Positions 33,537 through 46,933 of a stretch of 64,000 bases of DNA are shown in pieces. Below the pieces are notes generated by a model. It did not search any database. It was given only the letters and a program-made list of their open reading frames with translations, and was not told the origin of the DNA. The stretch lies in the NCBI GenBank assembly GCA_964252035.1, contig OZ176201.1; one strand, given 5' to 3'. Position 1 is the first letter of the stretch. Each line of letters starts with the position of its first letter. This stretch comes from Podarcis erhardii (taxonomy: Eukaryota). A program made the position numbers and the translations under genes.

Positions 33537-36500
33537 CATTTGCTATATAAGCAAGCCTGTTTTTATTTCTGGAGAAGAAAGAGTGTCCTTGCTGGACCAA
33601 AGAGAGGGCCATTTCTTACTTTTTAACTGCTTTAGTCAGCTACTGCTTCTAATATTAATTTGGAAAGTAGGTTCCCGAGCCCATACTTTTCAACTTACTT
33701 CTAGGCTTCTTGGAACAAGTCATAGCATGGCTAAAAACTGAAGCAATGCTCCCTTTACAGAGGTCACAAGCCCTGCTCCAGATGACCACTTCGCCCTTTT
33801 GGATATGTGCAGTCAGCCACGTAAGTCTCAGAAACTGTAAGAGTCAGTCTTCTGCTTGAATCAGCTTAACAAAACTGCTTGGTATTACTAGACACACTGC
33901 CTGCCCCTTAAAAGCACCTTGTTCTGGGTTTGCTTTTAATGAGGAACCTTTTCCCCAGGTTGAATTCTTCGTATCTACAATAAAATTCTAATAGCTCGGG
34001 CATCCTGTGCTTTTGGATCACTGTGACAGAAAGCAAAAATTGGTGCCAGAAAATTATCCTTGGGTTAGACTTGAGAAGGGCAAATTATTTATTTTGCTGT
34101 CATCACAGCAGAGGGGAGTTTGATCTCAGACAGGGTTAAAAAGGATGCTATTCTAGACACAGTGCTGATGTTGTGTTATGTTTTTTAAATGCACAATTAA
34201 CCTATGGCTGGCCAATTCAGATAACTGGATTAGATAGACAAGAACACTGCTGTGGTTAGTGTACCTTTTTATATAACTTAATATTGCCATTAAAAGTTAA
34301 CTTTGTTTCTCCCCACTCACCCCTGCCCCAAAAGCTGCTGTAAATAATCAAATTCAGGAATGCATTAGATTATTCATGCACCTAGTGTAATTACAACAAG
34401 CCAGCTCCGCTCTGCTCCGCTCTGCGCTTAAATGAACCATCTCCCTGCCTTTTTTCTCCTTGAGAATGGCAGATGTGCTTGGGAGAACGAAGCATCTAGC
34501 TATTTTGGTAGTACTTTAATCCATGTAATGATAATAATTGTAACCTGGGGGTAGATTTCCTCTCGGGTTACATTTAAATAAAAACGCCCTTTTATTTTAA
34601 AAGGTTGTTGTCTGCATCTGAAATTGTCTTTGCCCTGCAACGGTGTGAGACAGTGCAGGCTTCTTCTCCCTTGTCTGTGGCCAGGTAAAGCTCCATATAC
34701 AAAGTTCTAGTTCTTTTAACACAAAAGGAGCTCAAATACCAGTCTAAACCCAGGCACTCTAAATATTACAGATGTCTCTGATATTAAAACCAAATTACAA
34801 CACAGTTTAATTTTGGCACAGTAAATGAGGCTGGAAGGTGCAAAGAAAGAAATGCAACACACAGTTCGAAGTCTGTGGGCAAGAACTTGACACATTATAG
34901 CCAAACAAATATTTACATGTATGTGTATGTGGGGGGGGGTGTCCAAGACTGAGGAAGGAAGAAAACATATGAAATTCCATTAAAACTAATTTCTGCAAGG
35001 CTTGGTGCAAAAAACCCACAAGGATCCCCCCCCCTCCCACACAAATGGGCCATCTCTTTGGAGCAAAAGAAGATAGAACAGAGTGGTTTCTCCCTTCTAA
35101 TACTTTGGCTTGCTTACTTTGCACACATTCAGACACTGTTTTACCTTGCAAAGATACTCTTCCAGGAGCCATAATATCAAACTACATTTGGCCTTAATCC
35201 CTTCTCCCGATGGCTAGTAGTTACTATACTACATTATTTCATTACAGGCCAGCTATACTGCAGCCCAAAGTACAGCTTGAAGACTGAACAGAAAACTGGG
35301 CTAGATAAGTTGGCACACACCAACATGAACATTACAGAGCAAACTATGCACTGCCAGAGGTTCTCACAAACTTGTATTCTGGACAGCCACAAATGTTGTT
35401 GACGTGAGGCTAGAAAAATCCAGGGAAGATATTAATATCTTCCAAGATCATCTGGGTCGGGGTGTTTCTAAACCAGAAGCTAAGAAAAATAACCAAGATT
35501 GTTTATTCTATTAACATTTCTTGCTTGCATCTTGCGAAGCATACATAGCCACTGACAATCCTGAATCAGGATTCCTGATATTCAAAACATAGAGAGATGT
35601 GGATCTTTAGTTTGGCCATATTTTTATGCTGTGGTTCTGCACGCCAGGGTCAAAGCAGAATATGGGGAAAGCAGCAGGAGATGTCAAGCCATGATTTCCA
35701 GAACTTGAGATGTTCTATGCTGTTGAGATGCTCCTACTATGCTGTCTGTGGACAGAGTCAACCTGAGCCTGGGAAGAGTAGCACACCAAGCAACTGTCGG
35801 AGACAGCAGCATTCTGTATCACAGCCCTACTCCCCCCAGTTCTTTGCCAAGAAAAAGCTAGTAAGTCACTTGACACAAATCAAAACTGAATTAAGCAACA
35901 TTTGCTTCTTTTCATATGTGCACATGCCAAACAATATTTAGCTCCTTAAAAAATCCATATTTAAAAGCCAACTTGTAAATGGAGAGGCATTGAGGTAGTT
36001 AAGATACAAAAACAAGTAACAAGAGATCAAAGCAGCAGCATTTTTAAAAATCCTATTTATCTAATTTTGGAGGCTAAGAAATGTGTGGTTGGGAGTTTTT
36101 ATTTGTTCTAATCTGTTCATAAATCATAAAATTACTGCTACATAACCCAAACCTTGGGATGAAATGGGGTAGACTACCAAAAAACAACAACAATTTTTTA
36201 CAATTTATCTTTTATCCAGCAGGAAAGGATGTAGGAATGCATTTGCTGCTGCTGACTAACAAATCACAATAGACATACTGAGCTTCAGGGCAGAAATCTT
36301 AAAGTGCAACCTAGTTCAGTACTACTCACTCCCAGGTAAGTCTACATAGGATTGCAGCCTTAGCTACTGAGAAGCTAATCCCACAAGAAAAAAGGCAGAG
36401 GATGAGTGGTGCTCATATTACTTACTCCCATGGCTGCTCTCATAGATATTCTCAAATTGAGAATAAAAAAGGCTACAGTTTTTGTCCACTGAAGTGCTCC

Positions 36501-37387
36501 TTAGTAAAGAAAGAAAGAGGGGGGAAGTCATCATGATACATGCAATAAAATGGAAATTAGTTATTCTGTCTGTCTGTCTATATCTAGCTAGCTAGCTATC
36601 ATTACTTCTAGTCAAAGGAAATAAACTGTGCAGATACTACAATAAAGTGCATAAAATTCTTCAATAACTTTCATGTTATTCTACAGTATTCCTCACTGCT
36701 CTACAGTAGACCAGGGGATCAGTTAAATTTCAGAACCTCTTAATGAGTACAGTCATGAATTTCCAATTACCAGCACTTTACAAAAAAATCAGTCTGCTCT
36801 CTGGGACTGCCCCTTCTCCTAACTACAGACAGAATTCTCCTTCAATCACAACATCATCCTGCATTAAAATCTGCCTGTGAATTATGGCCAATGTTCTCAG
36901 GCCCTGCTCACATTCCGTCAGCAAGAGAGATGATTGGTAGAGGCACAAGACTGTGTCTTTTCAGTAATGGAACCCCCACTGTTGAACTCATTCCTAAGGA
37001 AGTTAGACTTCTTTGATGTCTTTTGCACGAACCGTTAAGATTGTATTCTGTCAGAATTTTAGTGCATTTTAATTCATAGCAGCTGTAGATCTAGCTTCTA
37101 GCTTTTGAACGTCCACTGGTTGTGATGGGATTTGAATGGTTCAAAGCTGCCTTGGATTGGATTGGAAGGCACTATATAAAAATGTTTCAATATGCAGTAT
37201 AAGTACACCTTTCTCCCAAGCCCAGATTGTGCCTGACCCCAAAGACCTTCACCACAATGCAATATAATAACTGAAGACACAACTAAGCATAGAGAAGATG
37301 AGTAAAAGGACGTGGTAGAGATATAGACATCCCATGGTGTTCCTGTATTATCCAACCACCTAATTTAGACAGAGAGCAACAAGTGAA

Positions 37388-37963
37388 GGGCCTCCCTCAG
37401 CTCAGAGGTGGAACACATGTTGTGCATGCCAAAGGGCTCAAGTTCAACCCCTGGCATTTCCAGTGAGGGCCGGGAAAGACTCCTGCATGCCTTGATGGAG
37501 AGATGCATATCAGTCTGTGTAGACCAGGGGTCATGACCTTTTCTGAGCCCAAGGACCACATTCCGTCATGGACAACCTTATGGGTGCCTAATGCCATTGG
37601 TGGGTGTGCCAAAGGCAAAAGTGGGGTGAGCAACAGGCGTGAGCCCTACCTTTGTATAGTAGGCTGCAGACGGTTAGAAGTTTCTTTACACACTCCCATG
37701 AACATGTCTCTCCATCCAGGCATCCAAAAGGCACTACGTCAGTTCAGGAACAAGCAAAAGCACATGGGGAGGTGTGGAGCAGGGCTGATGTGATGTGTGA
37801 CCTGTGAAAGGGGTTTGTGCTGGGTAGAGTCTCAAAGCCTCATTAGAGAGGTCTGGAGGGTGAATATTTGGCCTCTGAATCGGAAGTTCCATAGCCCTGG
37901 TGCAAATAATACTGAGCTACATGGAATATTCTGAAGCGGCATATGGCAGCTTCTTGCATTCCT
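37388..37963 (+). mobile_element. tRNA-derived SINE interrupted by a hAT MITE (37525-37899)
   Basis: SINE head 37388-37524 resumes at 37900. The insert has CAGGG...CCCTG ends and partly matching 8 bp flanks GTGTAGAC / GTGCAAAT. Confidence 0.7.
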
Positions 37964-38638
37964 ACAGAATGAAGAAGGTAGGACAGACTATCTTATGTCC
38001 ACTAGGAAGAACCGGACATCTGCAAACAAGTCAAAACCCCTGTTTCTCCACAAAGTGGCCTTCGAGCCACATACTTACTGGGAAGTAGAAGAGCAGTTCC
38101 ATTCTAAGTGACTGTGCCCACTCTACACCCATTAAAAAAGGATGAGAAAGCATGAAATACTATCCACATGCTCGCTTCTACACATTTCTTCAATGGGAAA
38201 ACAATCTCATAGCTAAGGAGATGGCCAATTACTCAGAAGCAAAGTTCAGAGATCATGCTAGAACCCAATTTGGCACCATGTGAATGAGCCTTAGTAAGGG
38301 CATGTAACCCCCTGCCCCAGCAAAGAGTGGTTTGGAGGCAAAAGTTTCTGTTTTTGTTAATGACTGGTTATTTATTGCTTTCCAGAGCAGTTTCCCTCAT
38401 CATTAAAAGCAACCCAATGTTTCTGAAAGCACATGCTTCATTCCCATCTGAATTAATCTTTAATTTAAGACACCCAGCAATGAGGTTTGTTTTCAATCTA
38501 AAAAGGCAAATGAAAGCATAAGTGCATCTATGAGTGCATTCCGCCACCTGTGCATTGCCTAAAGACATCCAATCTCAATGCCTTTGATGCCTTCTGACCA
38601 GAAAAGGGTGTTGCTAAACCTTCCCAGCTTTGACCTGC

Positions 38639-39140
38639 TAAGAACATAAACATAAGGACATCCCTGCTGGATCAGGCTAGGCCTATCTAGCCCAACATCC
38701 TCTCCTTACTCTTGATAGCAATCCCTAGCTAGCAGGACCAGTGGTCAGGGATGATGGGAAATGTAGTCCAAAAACAACTGGAGACCCAAGTTTGGGAAAC
38801 CCTGCTCTAGATCATCCATGAACAAGTTAAACTAGCACATCCCAAAACCATTTCTTGGGGGACTCTACTTTCTACTACCTTCCATTGGTAGAACTTTACA
38901 CTTATTCCTACTCTCTGCTTCCTTTTTCTTAACCTCATCCACAAAAGAACCTCTCCTCTTATTCCATGATTTCTAAGATTACTCAGACGTCTTTAGTGAG
39001 ATACTTTGTCAAAAGCTTTTTGAAAGCCCAAATACATAATGTCAAATGGATCACTTCTATCTAAGTGCTTGTTGATACTCTCAAAAAACTCTAATAGGCA
39101 AATGAGAGAAAACTTACACTTGCAAAACCACACCGGTTCT
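38639..39140 (-). mobile_element. Degenerate CR1 LINE (3' end plus RT fragment) with half a hAT MITE at about 38722-38804
   Basis: ORF 38993-39190 reads LLEFFESINKHLDRSDPFDIMYLGFQKAFDKVSH, matching the CR1 RT motif VYLDFQKAFDKVPH. Confidence 0.85.
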
Positions 39141-39309
39141 GCTTCAGCAAGACTTACTTCTGGTATATGCTTGATTACTCTGTCTAACAATGCTTTCCTT
39201 TTTTTCTGGAACAGATGTTAAGCCAACCTCACATTTTAAGAGGAGAGCCCCAATGCTGCCTCATTTGCTCCATGGAGAGCAGTAGCAGACATTTACAACA
39301 TGAGTACCT

Positions 39310-39466
39310 AGGTGGCACTCGTCATGATGTCCCGTAGTGCCAGAAGCAGTTTACTCATGTTGGCCGCATGACCTGGAAAGCCATCTCGACCTGAAGCGAG
39401 ATGAGTGCCGCACCCCATAGTTGCCTTTCACTGGACTTAACCGTCCAGGGGTCCTTTACCTTTTAC
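39310..39466 (+). mobile_element. Sauria-type SINE, 3' part
   Basis: GCCAGAAGCAGTTTACTCATGTTGGCCGCATGACC...AAGCGAGATGAGTGCCGCACCCC...GGGGTCCTTTACCTTTTACC matches the Sauria SINE 3' half as recalled. Confidence 0.75.
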
Positions 39467-40474
39467 CATCCCTAATAGTCCAAAATTAACTTACATATTC
39501 ATTACACACCATTCTTCTTAAGGTGTGTATAAAAGCGCCCCCATGTGGTAAAATCACATTTTTTTAGTCCCTGAAACCCCTGGTTTATACACTTCTTTCA
39601 CCACAGGAGGGCACTTTTGTCTTATCATTAACCACAGTGCCAAATGTGTGAACTCGCCCTGTGACAATACAAAATTAAGCATATACCATCACCTGCTCTG
39701 AGCCCTTCGGATAAAACAGCACAGTACACAAATGTCTGCCACCAAGCTCTCCACAGTTTAGTTTAAATTTTCCCTTTAAGCTGCTGTTCTTACAGTGGCC
39801 AAAATTATGCCAGGGGGAAGCCTGCAAGGAGCAGAAGAAAGCAATATAAGGGCATCCAAAGAAAACCACATAACATGGAGTGAAATAGCCAAGCTTGGCA
39901 GATTGAAAGAAACCTTTTGCATCAATAAAATCAGCTGTTTTGCTACAACCACCTAGGTAGCCTCGTTAACAGCAGCTGCACTTAAGAGACAATTTTTCAG
40001 AGTTCAAGAGGCTTAAATAGACAGAAATCCATCATTAAAAATGGGGGTTGCCTTAGTAAAAATCCAGCTTCTCTGACAAAAAGGACTTTGAAAGCTTAAT
40101 GAATGTCCCTTGGGAATGGACTCCGCTGTCTCTTAGCAAACACAACAGCAATCGAGAACTCACACTGCTGCCAAGTTTGGTGTTTCTAAACTGCCTATAC
40201 ATCAAGCTAATGGGTCAGCATAAAACATTTACGTTTTACCAAAAGAAAGCAAGAAGTTGTTGAGTCATTCTGCCCCGGCTCCCACCCCTACTCAGCACAA
40301 AAGTGGTTGTTTTGTAGAGAGATTATTCCTAAAGAATGAGAGCTGATGGTTCCATTTTCTACTAATGCTCCATATTTAGTAAGCCACAACAGAAGAGGAA
40401 ATAACTCTACTTCAGCCAAGGACATGAATCAGACTATGGAAATTGGACAGTGACCCAATGGCCCAGAAACAACT

Positions 40475-40560
40475 AAATAATAGCAGTAATAATAATAATA
40501 ATAATTATAATAGTGATAATAATAATAATAATAATAATGATGATGATGATGATGATGATG
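40475..40560. repeat. Compound (TAA)n(TGA)n microsatellite
   Basis: Directly visible. Confidence 0.95.
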
Positions 40561-42099
40561 TTACAACAATTAAAACACAATAATAAACAACTAGCTGCTC
40601 TAGCAGGTGCTAGCACAATGAGTCCCGCTAGAGCAATGGGGACTGCCCCCACTCTCCTCCACCCATGCCCCCCCATAAATTGGCTTGGTAGGGCAGTCGG
40701 GAGACCCCCAGAACAGGGCACAGAAGGAGAAGAGGGGGAGATCCGTTACACCAGGGAAGCTGAAATGCTTGCACTAATGGAGCAATCGCTTCAGCACTAC
40801 TTTGAATACCACCCTATGCCTTTGGCCAAGAGTCACTCTTGCAATTCCTGCATTTCTGTCAGACTTATGGGGGAAAGACAAAACCTGCCTGCTGAATGAC
40901 AGCATGGCAGCACAATCTGCACTCCAGTCAGATAGCCTGTCTCTCTCATGCCCAGGATGTACAGTTAGAAAAGGCAGGTTCTGAACCAGCTCTTCTGTTA
41001 ATACCTTATAAGCAAAAGGAGTCTGTCTGCACCAAACCCCATTTATAATCAGTGGCTGGTATGTTAATTTAGTAGTACAGGGCAATTTACACTGCGGCTC
41101 CTCATACAGACCCAGTAGAGGACAGTGGGGTAGCAGCACTTACCTGACCTCCATTTGGTTGTGTCACGGCTGCTTACTGGGAGATGGAGGGGTGAGGTGA
41201 CAGTGAGGTAGGCACGGTGCAAATGCACCAGGCAGGAGACCAGATAACTCTGAGTTTGAACCATGCCAACCTTGCCACTGCCTTCTCCTTCCCCTCTACC
41301 TCTTACTAAGGAACAGTGACACAAACAAGGTTAGGTGAGCACCACCATGTCATTCGCTACTGTATAGACCCCTGTCAGTGATACTCTATTGATTAGCCAT
41401 CACATGTAGCACCAGAGTTAAGTGATGGCTGACCCACATTAACAGCACTTAGTCGCCAAGAGAGACAAATCCATATAACGGATCAGTCCCACTCTACCAA
41501 GTTGCTCTTTGACTGAATTGTGCATCTGACATGTCTACAAAGGGAGTTATTAATTTCACCAGGTGTGAGGCAAAGGAGAACTACCAAATGCCAGATTAAT
41601 GCAATGAGATTGTAATTAATTAGTGTTCTGAACACTTTGAATCTTCAAAGGTTTTAGCAAACATTTGTTAATCCCCAGCACCAGGAGAGAAACAAAGCTT
41701 CTGTGATCACAGGATCACCCCAGGACAAAAAGGGCACCCTCATCCTTATCAGGAGGAACAGCCCATGCACAGAGACTATATGCCACAATGCTGGAAGCAG
41801 ACTAGCTTTAAAAGCCTAATTATAAGAGTAGAAAGAGACTGAAGACCTACCAACATTTACATTGATGTATTCTGCTTTTCCTGATTTCCCCTGAAACTAG
41901 AATTTCCCATTTCTCAAAGTTCTATAAGCTCCACCCCCCAACCCAGCATGTTGAGCAAGTTAAAACAAGCTCTTCATTTGACATTTATGTACCAAATGAA
42001 ACCCTGCCCCATCCTGCTCCCTGAGTAGACCTCCGTATCCAGTAACTCTAGAGCACCTCAGTCCCTTTTAGAACCAATTAACCCTGAGCACTCAGTTAA

Positions 42100-42500
42100 A
42101 GATCTACTCTCAAGGCTGCAGAGATGCAGAACTGGTGTCTGCACCTAGCAATGGCTTGGATGGGGGCCAATAAACTGAAGCTGAATCTTGACCAGATGAC
42201 AGAACTATGGATTGACAGTCCCTGGGTCCAGGAAATTATTACCTGCTCCAGGTGAGGTTACACTCCCTCTAAAGGAACAAGTATATAGCTTAGGGGTTTT
42301 CCTTGATCCAACATTGCCAATAAGGGCAAATGTGGCCCAGAACACCTTTTAGCAGTTTAATTTGGTTCATCGGTTGTGGCATTTTCCAGGTTACAGACAG
42401 TCAGGCCACATTGATACCTGTGCTGGTCACCTCCAAACTGGATTAATGTCATTGTGATATGTGGGGCTGCCTTTGGCACTGAGGAGTCAATGCTTCTCAC
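42100..42500 (+). mobile_element. Decayed L2 LINE RT C-terminal fragment
   Basis: TGGATGGGGGCCAATAAACTGAAGCTGAAT (WMxANKLKLN) and ...CTCCCTCTAAAGGAACAAGT...TTAGGGG (LPLKEQV...LG) are typical of L2 RT; many stops. Confidence 0.7.
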
Positions 42501-42544
42501 AAACTGTAATCTTTGTATGTATCTATTACCACACAATAATCGTA

Positions 42545-42725
42545 ACACCATACTATTATTATTATTAAAATTTCTACACCTTCCTCTGAATATCACAGGG
42601 AGGTTTACAATATAAAAACACAAAAATACATACCAAAATATCATAACAAACAAAAACAATAACCCCACACAGTTTAAAAGGCCATAAATTGCTTAATTAG
42701 CCAAAGGCTCAGGAAAACGTACTCT
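42545..42725 (-). mobile_element. L2-like LINE 3' end
   Basis: (TTA)n tail then GGTTTACAATATAAAAACACAAAAATACATA...TTTAAAAGGCCAT. Confidence 0.55.
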
Positions 42726-43216
42726 TTGTCAAAAAATGTCAATATATACTGAAGATATGCAGTGGATAGGATTTCTGGACTCCTCAAGCCAGTGACAGAG
42801 CAGAGAACATCTAAGCACTGATTCAGAACACCACATTGATATTTTTTATGAATAGCAGAAAGCAAATATTTTTGTAAATAATATAGTCAGATATTATAAG
42901 GGCTAAATGGTCTCCTATGCACAAACTTAGGAAGAAAAAAACAAACAGATCACCAGTTTAGAACTAATCACACTGTGCACAAATGTGAACTTTGCAGTTG
43001 AGCCATTTTCCTCCATATTTTTAGCCACAGGCTAAAGTGTCTGATGTTCTCTGAAAGGTACAGCTTATGAATACATATTTATTCAGAGAACATTTCAGAT
43101 GTTTTCAGAGTAATAACTATGAATGGCACACAAAGTCAAAACATGAAGATTATTTTCCTCTGTTCTTCAAAATATGAGAGCTCTTCATAGGTGCTTCATT
43201 TGGCAGAATTACGTTT

Positions 43217-43593
43217 AGCTGGGAATGTTTAGTCTGGGGAAAAAGGACACCGAGAGGAGATATGATAACCATCTTCAAATATCTGAGGGGCTGTCACAGG
43301 GAAGATGGAGCAAGCTTATTTTCTCCTGCTCTGAAAGGTAGGACTCAAACCAATGGCTTCAAGTTACATGAAAGGAGATTCTGACTAAACATCAGGAAGA
43401 ACTTTCTGACAGTAAGAGCTGTTCAACATTGGAACAGTCTCCCTCGAAGGTTGTGGACTCTCCTTCCTTGGAGGCTTTTAAGCAGAGATTGGATGGCCAT
43501 CTGTCATGGATGCTTTATCTGAGATTCCTGCATTGCAGGGGGTTGGATTAGACGACCCTTCAGCTCCCTTCCAACTCTACAATTCTATGATTC
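43217..43593 (+). mobile_element. CR1 LINE 3' end
   Basis: ORF2 end (MITIFKYLRGCHREDG...) and terminal CCAACTCTACAATTCTATGATTC. Confidence 0.9.
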
Positions 43594-44208
43594 CTTGCCC
43601 TTCTAACTGCAGAAAGCAGCTCACACCCTACCTCCTTTCCATAACAAAGCTCTTCTCCTCATATAATTTACAATTCCCACCCACTGCTGAACATTCCTAA
43701 TTAAATTGGGAAAGCCTAATGATTATTGCCATCTGTCCAACAGCAACACTTTCTCCCAACTTTAGATATATGAACTGAAATGGGAGCCATGTGATGCCCA
43801 TCTCAAGATGCATTACATTGCTGCTGCAGCTTTGTAATCGCACTGGGGTATGTGCTGACAACAGCACGGGCCAGTTAAGACAAGAACTCAATGGCTGGTG
43901 ACTGATCACAGCCATGGCAACCAGCAAATCGCTAGGATGCACACTCACATCCCTGCCTGAGACTATCATGTTGACATATTAGCTGTGTGTGTTTTTTCCA
44001 AGAGGACAATCTGCCAGTGGGACAGAACATCTGTCAAGTGCAACTCAAGATGCAGAGAATGAGGCATGTGGAGGGTGCCAGTTTCCATAGCCCTTATCCA
44101 AGGCTCAAATGAGAACACATGGGACTCTCTTCAATGTTAGCACAAGCAGATCAAAAGAAACTGATTCTCCAAGCAAAGGCTATGCTTTGTATTGTGGTCT
44201 ATTGCCTA

Positions 44209-44263
44209 GTGGAGGTGGAGGTTAGGGTTAGGGTTAGGGTGGAGGTTAGGGAGGTTAGGGTGG
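44209..44263 (+). repeat. Interstitial telomere-like repeat (TTAGGG mixed with TGGAGG)
   Basis: Three tandem TTAGGG at 44222-44239, plus two more at 44246 and 44255. Confidence 0.85.
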
Positions 44264-45197
44264 AATCAAAACTCCTATTAGGCATGCATGGCTCAGGCCT
44301 TAGGGCATGCCTAAAGCAGCTCTTTGAATCCCAGGTCATTATGTATTTCTAACCAGGGTTCTATAAGTCCACTCATGAGAGGACATGCCCCCTCGCCCTA
44401 TACTACATGCCCAGAACAAAGATCCTATTCCTGCTGGGTTTTTGCAGGAGGTAGCAGTAGTGAGGTGCTACTGGTGCTTCCTGCAAAAGCCCAGCATGAC
44501 AGAAGCAGTACCCTTCCTTCTTCCAAGGACAACTCAAGGGATGAAAGTTGGAGCAGCTTCTCTTCCTTCTTGCTAGGCTTCTGAAGGAGGGTGGCAAGTG
44601 AGGAGAACCACCCTGAAGGGAATGATCAGTGGCAACCACAAGTTATGGTTGTGTAATAAGCCACACCAAGACTCGGGGATCCCCTTTGCAAACCCCTACA
44701 TGGGAGATCCCCACTTCTCAATTCTGTATGCCTGCTTTAGATGTTATTAAGGCCTTTCAGTATAGTTGTCATGGTCTGGAAACCATAGGAATTTATAGTA
44801 ATACAACTGAGCTCATTGAAAAGGATGGCATGTAATTGTCACCAGCCCAGTTTTCCAGCCAGCCCCAGTTAAACAAGCATTCTGACAAGTTTAAATGCCT
44901 CCCAAGCCACTAAGAGTTTGGTGAGTTACTGATTGCTCACACCCCTGGCCCAAGGTCTCTCCCAGTGTGCCTTCTTGTTCTCCATCTACCAGTCTAGATG
45001 TCTAGAAGTGGTTAACACATTTGTATAGAAACAAGAACATCCTTACTGGAATACCACATCTCATTCTGGCACACATACCTCCAGAATAGATTCCAAAATA
45101 ATTATCAAATAAACAGCAATTATCAGACTTCACTGGAAGGAAATCAGTACCATGACAGTTAAATTGGCTTAAAGCAGTTTCACTTTGTAGTGTAGAT

Positions 45198-45333
45198 CAG
45201 GGTTTCCCAAACTTGGGTCTCCAGTTGTTTTTGGACTACAATTCCTATCATCCCCGACCACTGGTTCTGCTAGCTAGGGATGATGTGAGTTGTAGTCCAA
45301 AAACAGCTGGAGACCCAAGTTTGGGAAACCCTG
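45198..45333. mobile_element. hAT-type palindromic MITE
   Basis: Long TIRs CAGGGTTTCCCAAACTTGGGTCTCCAG / CTGGAGACCCAAGTTTGGGAAACCCTG; 8 bp flanks GTGTAGAT / ATGTAGAA. Confidence 0.9.
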
Positions 45334-46690
45334 ATGTAGAAGAACCTTTAAAATTTTTTAGTGTAAGTTTGTTAAAGAGCAAATGTATGCTGCAGTTCAG
45401 CCTAATACTCTGGGGCTGCTTAAATGATATCCATTTAGCGACTAAATGTTCACAGTGCCCCCTTCTGGTCTGACAGTAAGTCAGCAACTGGAGTTCTTAA
45501 AGGCACCCAGACCGTTTCCATCTAAACCAAAGCAGCTCAGCCTTCCATAGGAAAGTAACTAGTTGGCACTATGCCTGGCATTGCAGAAGAATGGCTGCCA
45601 TTTTATAGGTAAGCATCAATGGGACTTCTAACCAAATGTACCATTAGTGCACGGCAGGTACAGGTCTGCTATGAGGATTTCTCCCGGGGGTATCTACAGC
45701 AAGTAAACTGAAGAAAAAGTAATGTAAGTAATCAATTGGTGTGATGCAAGTCTCCCCTCTTCAGATGATCTTTGCAAATCAGCTGAGGGAGGGATAATTT
45801 GCATCAACAGGAGGCTGCTAAACTGGAAGAAGAGGTTTAAAGCCCAGCATCATGCTTTTTTCTTTCTTTTTCCTGTCACTGCTAAAATTGTTGGGGGCTT
45901 GGGGATCAGAAAAATTTGCAGCTGGAGATCAGCCATCCCTGTTATAGACTCTGTTAATTGCCCTAGGCCCTTGAAAACTCTTGATTCATCCATGCATTTC
46001 TGCAAAAGCATCTCCATTACGATTTCATAGCAATTACAGCTATGAAAATACTATTGCTCAAGTCACAGAGTTAAGAGATAAAGACCCTAGATTCACGCTC
46101 CCTCCATAGTCTTCCAACAGAACAAAACCCCATCCCTCTTCAATGAAAGCCAGCAGCATCAAGAAGCTACAGATCACAGAGACGGTAATTAGCCCCATTC
46201 CCATCCACTGTTCATGCCTCAGAAACAATTTAGAAGTTATATGATACAACAATAGTCCAAGGGAGGCCTCTATGATGAGCTGCAATCACTGCTGAGAAAA
46301 GGACCATATTTCACTACAATTAACAAACAAAATCTGTTGGAGGTTATTAAGCAATGTGCTGTTTTCACTTGGAAAATGCAGCCTACTCTGTCCTCAGGCT
46401 GTTGATTTACTCCTGTTAAATTGAAATTTGTCCAGGAATTTGCTGTAGATCTCATATGCCATTTTAAAAATGCTTAATAGTAATATATCATCATTAGTCT
46501 GTTCCTATCAATGAAAGCGCAATACGACCTTTCCTCAAAAAGCAATGTGTTATTGAGGGTGCTATAGATGAGGACAACATGGGCAAAAGAAAAGAAACAG
46601 CTAGTCTGCCCCACAGAACAGGAAGCAAATGGGGCTGCAGAAACAGGGAAGATTATGATTGCATCTGGCTGTCAGCATATCAGCTAGGCT

Positions 46691-46933
46691 CAGGTGGTAC
46701 CTCAGGTTAAGAACTTAATTCATTCTGGAGGTCTGTTCTTAACCTGAAACTGTTCTTAACCTGAAGCACCGCTTTAGCTAATGGGTCCTCCTGCTGCTGC
46801 TGCACCGCCGCTGCACAATTTCTGTTCTCATCCTGAAGCAAAGTTCTTAACCTGAGGTAATATTTCTGGGTTAGCGGAGTCTGTAACCTGAAGCATATGT
46901 AACCTGAAGCATATATAACCCGAGGCAACACTG
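46691..46933. mobile_element. Tc1/mariner-type MITE (inverted relative of 7676-7884)
   Basis: Interior is the reverse complement of the 7.7 kb copy; ends ...CCGAGGCAACACTG followed by TA. Confidence 0.8.

Noticed and set aside
40473-40899. Poly-Ile/Met ORFs
   Set aside because: Artefacts of the (TAA)n(TGA)n microsatellite.
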